This document shows, one piece after another, positions 54,591-64,000 of a stretch of 64,000 bases of DNA. Both the position numbers and the translations under genes were made by a program. Position 1 is the stretch's first letter. Each line of letters opens with the position of its first letter. This DNA comes from Paramecium tetraurelia. Its lineage: Eukaryota. Where the stretch lies: contig CT868664.1 in the NCBI GenBank assembly GCA_000165425.1, positions 186,001-250,000 on the forward strand, given 5' to 3'. The notes under the pieces were generated by a model that did not search any database, had not been told where the DNA came from, and saw nothing but the letters and a program-made list of their open reading frames with translations.

Positions 54591-56998
54591 TCAGTCAACA
54601 ACACCAAATGATACTAATACTATTAGTATTGCTTATTAACTTGTTGAATTATTGATAGATGGTCTTTCTTTTGGATAGAATCAATAATCCATAACCTTTT
54701 GATTTTTGTATCCACAATGAGGAATTTATGCATGAATTTGTGAATTTCACATTGTGAGAGATCTTCATTGTTATTTTTAAGGAAGTTGATAACAAAATAA
54801 ACTTCGTTCATAATAAATAATATTAATTGATTTCAAAAGTCTTCTTCATCTGAAAGTTATCCACTACTGTAGGAATACGATTTAGTCAATTAGGTCTATA
54901 AAATACCAATTTTAACATTCAGATCATTGATATCGCTCTATAATATTGAAATTGAATTAATACTTTTAACTAATTGATAATTTACCTTTATTTAGGTCTA
55001 TTATCATTAAGGGTAGGGATTCTAGATTGGATATCAACTATATTTTAATGTAATTGTTAATCAAGTTCTAATTTAGAAGAATTTGATTTGCTTAGAGTAT
55101 TGATTTTGATTTCAAATTACGATATAGTTTGTCTATTATTGTATAAAATCTCTCTAAGTTCAGGTTAGATTAAATTAGTTATTTGAGTCTCTAATTTAGG
55201 TATTATTTCGAGATAATTAATCCATTATTATTGGATATCTTACACTTCATTTGATTTGAAGTACTACGATGCGATAGTTAATTGCTATTGCTATTCGTAA
55301 ACAATTTACCTTTGAGCATTTCTTCACAAGGTTCATAGATCTTTGATAATCATTTAGATATGACTTATTTTCTTTGAGATTGATTTCAAATTTGTTGAGT
55401 TCCTTTTCGACTCTATTATACTCATTAGTCCATTCATTAAGAGCAATTTTAGTTTAGATAATTTATCTATTTTGAGGAATCTAATTGAAGTCTGGTTATT
55501 CTGTTTTGAATTTCTTTTGATAAAACAGTATACTCTGTGTGAATTCATCATTTTCTACTTCATCTTGATCCTCTTCCGTTAATTCTTCAGGAAAATCTTA
55601 TTCGTCATATTAGATATGGTGACTGGGGACCTGTGAATTGCTTAAATCACCGCCAAATTATGGTAATTCAAATTTAAAATTGACTCTTATCAATTCTCTA
55701 TTGAGTAGATCATTAAGGATGAAGCAAACCATATCTCCAAAGCCAGAGGAAATATGAGGAGATCCAAGTTATTCAGGCAGTTTGATACCCCATGCTTTAA
55801 TGTCTTGTAACAGTTTTCTAGCAGTATCTTCTAGATTATTACTGTATTTAATAGGCTGTGCCAATTTATTCTTCTTCTGCTTAGGTAAATTCATTAGCCA
55901 ATAGCATAAATCTACAAAATAGTAGAATCTATATGAGGAGTTCACACTTTCATCTAAAGAGAAGAAATATTTTGAAATTGGTTTCTTTTTCAAAGGGACA
56001 CAGAAATTTTGATGATATTAAACCAAAGATAGCTTTTCATAAATGTCCTTTTATTAATAACAATATTTACCTCCATAACTAATACATTAATGATTTGAGG
56101 AGTCCTCTTAGTATCAGAATGAGATGAAAACATCTCTTTAGCTTTTTGCAATATGGTGTTTGCATCTAACCTTTTTGAAGGATCAACCACAATCATGCCT
56201 TCAATAACAGTTCGCAACTATTGACTATACCGATTAGACACAGGTTTAAATTCACCTTTAGTAATATTATTGAACAAATCTACTAATGACATTTTATCAC
56301 TCTGCTTAAAGGGACTCTTGAATTCAGCCATCTCATATGCAATACATCCTAATGACCAGATATCTGATTTCATATCATACCCTTCCCCATGGAGGAGCTC
56401 TAATTTTTAATTGAACATTTACCTCTGGTGACATGTATAAGGGTGTCCCAACTTTAGAATATGCTTCTATGGTTTCTGATGAAAATATTCTGCCTAATCC
56501 CAGATCTCCCACTTTCAAAGTGCCATCTCCCCCAATGAAAATATTAGCAGGTTTTAAATCTCTATGCATAATTCTTTTTTCATGCATATGTGATAGAGCA
56601 CTTGCTATTTGTTATATGTAATTCCACAATTAAACCTCTTCAAATGGAGTGTCATCTGCCTAAGCGCTTTTGATTAGTTTTTTTAAATCCCCCCTTTCTG
56701 CCCATTCAGTGGCAATGATCAATTCATTGTTATACAGGAATGAATCCAGATATTTTATAATGTTCTCATGATCCAACGGTTACATCAGCTTCACTTCCTT
56801 CAAACATTTCTCTCTATGCTTAGGGTCCATCATATCAAATATCTTAGGTTATTTGCAAACATTTCTTACTTTAATCTTCTTCAGAGCAATCACATTGCCT
56901 TCCTAATTCATGGCCTTGTAGACTGTCGAGAACTTACCCTCGCCTATTGCTTTTTACACCTTATATCCATTTATTTCTTAATCTATGAATTATGACAT
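54591..56998 (-). CDS. NEK6/7-type kinase fused to an IFT57-like (CH-like + coiled-coil) domain
   Basis: Kinase: [77 protein letters not shown]. Then '[77 protein letters not shown]'. Confidence 0.85.
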
Positions 56999-57047
56999 TA
57001 ATATAATTAGCCTAATATTATATTATTATTTATAAATATTTATCAAA

Positions 57048-58376
57048 ATGTCTATGCGAATCGTCCAATCTACAAAGAAAATACTCGATATGTCTCATCC
57101 TAGTTAGACTGTGCTAAATGGCCAAAGACCTAGTATGTCTCTGATGCCAAAAGCAAAGGTTGTGATAGGATTGAATTCCAAACAAGATAAGAAAACAAAT
57201 AAAATTGTTATCAAATTGGAAGATCACATCAACAAATCGATTGTTGAATAGAGCAATCCTGTATAATGTCCACAAGTCTAAAATATTAAATAAGAACAAT
57301 TAGAAAATAAAGAAACCAAAATTTCGATGGAAATCACTCATACTCATTTCGAACTTAAAGTACCCAAGATTATTGTACCAAAATCCCTTGAGATTCCAAA
57401 AATCCTATTACCTTCGTAAATAAAAATTGAATAAGAAGATAAATTAATGACTTATAATTAAACCAATTTGCTGAAGTAATAATTGATTTAAATTAAAAAA
57501 TGCAATGAACCTATTCAATTACTCTTGCAAGAGAATGATAAACGGAAAAAGTATTACTCGAGAGCATAAAGAGAGAAGGAGGATGTGATTCATTGGGGTT
57601 AAAGGAAATTACTTATTAGTGAGATTTGGTTTTTGACAAAGTATGGTTGTTTATCTAGGAATATTATCTATGCAGGAGCAGCTCCAGGATTTCACATCTA
57701 ATTCTTATCGGATTTATTTTAAAACCACAAATTTTATTTATTTGATCCAAACGACTTTTAAGTTAAATAGGGACCAAAGATTACTATCTACTAACGTTGT
57801 TTCACTAACGAAGAAGCCTAAAAATTTAAGGAATTGTTTTAGGTATGAATTAATTAACAAGAATGATTATCTATTCATTTCAGACATTCGAACTGCCAAC
57901 TTTAAATGCATGACCCCTATGGAAAATGAGTAAGCAGTACTAAGAGACAATCAATTACAAATGGAATGGGTTAAAATCCTCAAACCTTAAAAAGTATATC
58001 AATCAATTTTATATCCATCAAGGCCATGTTGAAATTTCGATGTGCTTACCCCACTGAAATCAATGAGCCAACTGAATTCTTTTAAGGCGAAATCTACATC
58101 CAAGCATGGGCACCAGCATCATCCACAGAAACCAGATTGGTACCTTACGATTATGTCAATACCATACCCTACGACAATGTCAAATATGAGGAGCAAATGT
58201 TCTATCATAATGACGTTGTGAGAAAGAAGTAGAAGGGTGCATTAAGTTGGGATGACAGAGCAGAAACCGAAGTGTTAATTGAGTACTTACGTAATTCAGG
58301 TATCGATGAAAACCAGATAATTAAATAAGTAAACTTAATCAAAGATTAAATTACAAAAAAATTGAATTATTAATGA
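57048..58376 (+). CDS. Cap-specific mRNA 2'-O-methyltransferase, vaccinia VP39 / poly(A) polymerase regulatory subunit family, with a Q/K/P-rich N-terminal extension
   Basis: 'HWGQRKLLISEIWFL..IIYAGAAPGFHI..LFDP..LFISDIRT..AMLKFRCAYP..GEIYIQAWAPASSTETRL..YEEQMFYHN'. Confidence 0.88.
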
Positions 58377-59034
58377 ATGATTCATATATATATATAAAAT
58401 ATGTTATTTAGATTAATCAAATTATATTCTAATATCTAATAATAACGATTTCTTATGCTCTAAATGAGAAAACCATATACTCCCATGCTAATATAAAATT
58501 GATAAAGCATTTTATTATATCCTTCTTATAAGATGCCTTTAAAATGAATAAAACAACATGAAAATTCAAGAAAAGAAGTTGATATTCTTCATAGTTTTCT
58601 GCATTTGATTTAAATTTAACTTTAAACATTGACTATTCATCTTAAGGTTATGATGATTCAATTGATTATTATAATGATTTAGTTTCTTAATTTAAGACTA
58701 AATAATTTTATTAGATATGTATTTAAAATTCTAAAATAAATTGAATTAGAATGCTTTAAGTCTGCAGATTAGAGTGAAGATCAATAGTCTCAACCTCATC
58801 TTCAGAACATCATATAATCAAAATAAAATTAACAATATCCCACTTCCTTTACTCCTAGCGCGTGAAGATTAATTCAATAATTATATCTTCTTATTCCTTC
58901 ATTAAATACAATAAGAGATCATAAATTAATGGAACATTTGAACAAGATTTGAATACAAAAAATCAATTAATATTGAATAATTAGGGGTATTACTTTCTTA
59001 AAATCAATGATTATAAATTAAAATAATTTATATA

Positions 59035-60044
59035 ATGAAAAACTTTGCAACTAACCCCAAAAATATTGGTGGAATGAAGATGCTTAATGACAATATGTTT
59101 TTACATCATAAAGCACTGATAGATGCTAAGCCGGCTATAAAAATTAAACCACCCAGACCTGTAAATTATTATTTAAACTATAGCATGTAAGCAACATTAA
59201 AAAAGTGGATCCCTAAAAACCCAAAGAAATTGATCTTCCAATGTATAAGAATAAAAAAGAATTTGATCAAGTTATGAAAACATTTCAAACTGTAATTGGC
59301 ATGAAAAAGGGTAACTCATCCTAATCAATTTAGGGAGAATTAATTCAGATGCTCCAATTACAATGGAATTTCGAAGGAACATCTCAGGAAATGCAACAAA
59401 AAAAGAAAAATTTGAAAGAGATCAACACATTTTGAATTTATAATCCCAATATAGAAGAATTGCAAGTGCTGGAAGCATGTAAGAAAGAAAGAAAAATTCT
59501 AATGATCCAATAGCCCATCCTCCTAGGTTCTTTAGAAGAGAAGGGGAAACTATGGCAAATATTAAAATTGACAAATTGTTACACCATTTTGTAAATATCG
59601 ATCATAACCCTTAATAGACAAAAGAATAAAGAATGCTTGAAGAAACTCCTAATAGCGAACTCTCTTAAAAGATCGAAGAATTAAATAAAAAGAAGGTTCA
59701 ACTCTCAAAGCCAAAGCAACCGAGAGCATAATCAGCTAAACTTCCTACCTAAAAATCTGAATCTTCAAGTAGAATTAAAACTAGAAATGCTGATGACATT
59801 ACTACTGAAGTGAAAGACATTCCTAGGGTATCCACTAGTTCAGAAGAGGATCTAGAAAAATTAAGGCAAATGCTCATAAGTAAACCTATTTCTATTTTAA
59901 GGGATAATTTTCCATCATAAAATTTTCAAGACTTAAGACTTAGAAACCCTATTCGCTCGAGTATTAAATTAAAATCCTTAAATTGATTTGATCAGAGCAG
60001 AAATACTCTTTGAAATGATTAGAGAACAACTAAAATCGTAATGA
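59035..60044 (+). CDS. Hypothetical basic protein
   Basis: MKNFATNPKNIGGMKMLNDNMFLHHKALIDAKPAIKIKPPRP/...; several tiny introns; TGA at ~60042-60044. Confidence 0.6.
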
Positions 60045-60074
60045 AGATTATATATATATTTAAAAAATATAAAT

Positions 60075-61386
60075 TCACAATCTAGAATTAAAATATTGAA
60101 CTCTTTTAGGCTATTAACCAAAATTACTGTAGTTGGATTATTCTTCAATTTTTATAAGTTAATTGTTTTAAACATAACTAGAGACATTTCCTTGACTCAC
60201 AGTTAACTGTGAATAATTTTGAGGCATTTCATATTCCTGTAATAAATCATCGTTCACACGAAATTAATTGGCGTATTCATAAGGACTTTAATATTTCTTA
60301 GATTTGACTTAAGCCTTTTGTTGAATCAGCTTACTTTTCTCGTTACTAAAATATCTATTCGATGATAACTTAGGTAATTCTTAAGGTTTTTGGATCTATA
60401 TCCTATTATCTATAGATTCCAATTCTTTCCTAAAGGTTTAAGTTTACATTTTATGATCTTCGGGTTTAAATAGAAAATCTTCCTTATCAACAATTTTATC
60501 AACACCAATCAATTAATCCAATTATTGATTTTGATTGAGTACATAATCATTAAATCCATCTTTCTGCTATTAGAATTCCAACATCAATTCTCTGCTTGGA
60601 AACATTGCATCACTAAAATCGTCCCTTTAAATTATTTAATTATCTTTTCTAACAAACCTATTTAAAAACATTGAATAATCTAATGGACTTAGTGATTATA
60701 TTTCAAATTTATTTAGTAATTAATCCAAAGATCTTTTATCAATATATGATTGATTCCCAGCAATTATTTTAAAAATAGTGTTAAACTTCCATTTAACTGA
60801 TTGAGCCATGCCCATTTTTTCAATTTCAATTACTTTCAAGTAGTCGACTTCTAAATAAATCAATTTGGCCACAAAATCCTCTAGATAGAATGATAGTTTA
60901 TCTAAAAATAAAATGAAAGATCTAACATTCTGTTATTTAGAGTTTCCTCATAATGAGTTACATGGCTTGACTCTTGTTATATCTTGGCACAAGAAATTCA
61001 AGAAACTTCTGATGACTTAGTTTGTCATTTCCTGAGCTGTATATGGAGATCCACAAATCACAAAATTTCATTGATAAACTATATCCATTCTTGCACATAA
61101 ATCTAAAGATATCAGAGGCAGTCAGGTATCCTTTCGAGTTAGCGTCAATAGTTCGAAAAGCCTCACTTACATCAAATCGAGTATTTTCTGCTAATGTTAC
61201 TTTAATGTCTTCAGCCTACATTAGACAAATTGTAAAACATCTTTTTCAGTGTTCAATATAATTCTTAAGAAGATAATGAGTTTCTATTCAAGTTATTAAT
61301 TTTAATCAGCTTCTGTGACTGTTGGGTTTAACATTAAATTTAAATTACTTAACTTAAATTACTTAATTTATATTTGATTTGTTCAT
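60075..61386 (-). CDS. EF-hand domain protein
   Basis: 'FDVSEAFRTIDANSKGYLTASDIFRFM' plus a further degenerate EF-hand near 60740-60780; 3' end approximate. Confidence 0.65.
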
Positions 61387-61401
61387 AAATATTCAATTAA
61401 T

Positions 61402-62718
61402 TCAAACAATAAAGTCGTCCTCATCATCCTCCTCTTTATAAAAGAGATCTTACTCAAATGAGTTAAGTTAATTCATTTTTGGTTTCTTATTTGATTCCAA
61501 ATTATTTTGTTGCTTTTGTTTGATAACCATTTGATTAGTTTATGCATTTGATTGTTATTCTATTGATTTGATGTTGAATGATGTACTTCTACTTTGATTA
61601 ATAGCATCAATATTAAGTGATAGATTCTACTAATTGCTTCTGGTATTGTCTTAATACTATTCATTTAAGTTAGTCTTATTATTTGAGGTTTAATTTGAAT
61701 TGTAAAAAGATTTAGTAGTTGAAAGATTCTTGATAATTTGTCCATGTTTAAGGGACAGATTGGATTTAATCAATTAAGAGGCATATTGATATTAATTAAT
61801 TTTAGATTGCTTCAAATCTTTTTATGGAGTAGAATAGAAATTTTACTTTAATGCCATTTTAATTTTGTTATGATGCAAAGTAGGCACAAATTTAGAACAT
61901 GATTGGGTAAATGTAGATTTAGAAATTTAGCGATAGGCATTCTCATTTAGATTATCAATCTTTTTAATTGATCTTTGTTGATTACTGTGGAAAGATGTTT
62001 GGGATTGCATTTTGTTTACTTGAGTCTGTTGTAATTAGAATAGATTGGAAAGTTGATCAAATGCAGGACGCTTATCATAATCTACTTGAAGTAAGATTTT
62101 AAGAAAATGAATATTCTCTTCACTAAGGTTATTCTGTCTACAATTGTATTCAATGTGGTAGTTGATTTGTTATTGATTTTGTTTAATCAGATAGCTGGGA
62201 TCCTAGGTTCCAGTTGTTAGACAATAAAGCAATGAGCCGAACATCCAGGTTTTCATATATTAGTCTTGTTTATAATTATTGTTGTATCGTTGTTGGTATT
62301 TAATTTAGTAGAGGGAATAGCGTAGGCCAAAATCAATGGTGTAGACAGTCTTTTGATCTATGTAAAGAAAGTCTGGGTTGAAGTCATAGATTCCAAGTGT
62401 ATCTAACGAATAGAGAGTATATAATTGTTTCAGATATGCGTTGAATTGATCGTTTGTAATTTTGGGGGGCATTTTAATCCAGTTGTTGCTATTAGAATAA
62501 GAAATGAGTAGATTGTTGTCATCTTCGATTGCATCTTTGATGTAAGGGTATAATTGAATTTTTTTGATTAAGTTTTCATACATATGTGAGTCTAATTCAG
62601 ATTTAGGGAAGATAGTGATGTAATAGGATTATTTGGTTTCGTCGAATCCTCGATATAACAATTAGTAAGAGAAGTCTAAAGAGATGGGTAGTTCAATTTA
62701 ATAATTAGCGATTTGCAT
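61402..62718 (-). CDS. Divergent protein kinase fold (probable pseudokinase) with an S/Q/N-rich tail
   Basis: 'GIYDFNPDFLYI..TIDFGL..KTWMFGSLLYCLTTG..KILLQVDYDKRPAF'; no GxGxxG loop and no VAIK lysine. Confidence 0.75.
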
Positions 62719-62730
62719 AAATTAATAATT

Positions 62731-64000
62731 ATGATTTTTATTTTACTTGTACAAATTACTTAGTCTTTGAGCATCTATGAATTTTTGAATCTCACTCCCT
62801 TTTAAATTCAAGAATTGAAGTTAGAAACACTCTAGGAGTACTTTACGTCAGGTTCAATATCAGGATATGTGGGGTTGAGTGAATATTCTGAATTAATTGA
62901 AAAATTGGCAAATTCATTTCCAAATTAAGTGACATTGCAATCGTTTGGGAATACTTATCAAGGAACCTAAATAAAGACAATCAAAATCTCAGCAACCAAA
63001 TCTCCCAAGTATCAAATAACAATCATCGGCATGTTACGTGGCACTACTGATTTAATCTCAGTAAACTATCTCCTTTATCAATTGTACTATATAACCATCC
63101 ATTTATCCAACAAAAATCCATTTATGATGACTCTACTATCAGACAAGCAATTGTGGATCACTCCCTTGATAAATGCAGACGGACATCAATATATAACAAC
63201 CTAATTTATTTAAACTTAAACCATACCTCTCATATTTAAAAATAGAAATCCGTCCAATTCCAACCAATGTTCATAAACTGAATAAGGCGTGGATCTTTCA
63301 AGGAACTTTCAATACAAATTTGGAATCAATGAGATCGGATCATCCTCAAACAGATGCAGTCAAATCTTCAGAGGGATAAGTGCCTTTTCTGAGGCTGAGA
63401 CCTTGACAATTGATAAATTAATTTAATAAATAAGACCAAATATCATAATGGTCATGGGAGGTGATTTAGATAAGTTGGTTATTCCAGATTCCAATTCATC
63501 AACTTATTACGAATTGCTTTACTAACTATCTAAATAATATAAGCTCAACATGGGAGATTACTAAAAGCTCTATTAGGTTGAAATTAATGGGGATTTATGT
63601 TAAAATTACATATATCAAATCAACAAAATATGCTTCACTATTAATATTGGATAATACGCTTTAAGTCAGACAATCCTGAACTTCCAGAATCTTTTACTGG
63701 ATTTTCTCACACATTACAGTCCTTCTCTTCAGTACATATATTATTTATATTATATAGAATACAGTTGGAGAAGGTATTTGATTGTAAACACGGGAAGATG
63801 CTATGTAATCAACTTGAATCCAACGAGAAAGGCTGTGTCATAATCATCTCTGTTTAAAATGTAGGTTATAATCAATTTAATGACAACATTGTGATGGACA
63901 TAACTCTGAATTAAGGCGGTGAAAAACTGTATCAGATTGATTCCTATGCTATTGTCTAGAGCATCAAGAATATAAGTGATACAAAATTAGAGAATGGCAT
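62731..64000 (+). CDS. Secreted M14 carboxypeptidase-like protein lacking zinc ligands (runs off the window)
   Basis: Signal peptide; 'FGNTYQG', 'WITPLINADG', 'KNR..GVDLSRNF', 'FRGISAFSEAET'. The HxxE position reads 'IIGMLRGTTD'. Confidence 0.8.

Noticed and set aside
257..56998. Apparent clustering of ciliary genes (LC8, ARMC9, MOK, NEK-IFT57)
   Set aside because: They are spread over 57 kb, and ciliary genes are abundant in ciliates; no evidence of a functional cluster.
58400..58960. Possible small gene, probably on the minus strand
   Set aside because: Several frames are open under code 6 in this AT-rich DNA; none could be chosen with support.
1..64000. Telomeric repeats, retained IESs or transposase genes
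   Set aside because: No C4A2/C3A3 arrays, no DDE or reverse-transcriptase motifs seen, and IESs cannot be called without a MAC/MIC comparison.

Overview
This is very AT-rich, gene-dense eukaryotic DNA, almost certainly macronuclear DNA of a Paramecium-type ciliate. Genes read through only with genetic code 6 (TAA/TAG=Gln, TGA=stop) and are split by 20-30 nt GT..AG introns, so the supplied ORF track shows only fragments. I re-translated by hand, so intron boundaries and some ends are approximate and all family calls are motif recognition from memory, not database hits. About 27 intact protein genes are supportable. They include an LC8 dynein light chain, a TORTIFOLIA1/SPIRAL2-like HEAT protein, a giant Cys-rich membrane protein, a PHD-DDT-WHIM/WSD-PHD protein, an ARMC9-like protein, a stomatin, a P4-ATPase/guanylyl cyclase fusion, histone H4, a Nup88-like protein, Myb proteins, a DUF922-like HExxH protein, a MOK/LF4 kinase, a pseudophosphatase, a VP39-like cap 2'-O-methyltransferase and an inactive M14 carboxypeptidase. 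Two identical intron-containing tRNA-Tyr genes form an inverted duplication around a gene-poor, pseudogene-rich 8 kb interval. The strongest novelty candidate is a NEK6/7-type kinase fused in frame, across one 23-nt intron, to an IFT57-like domain.
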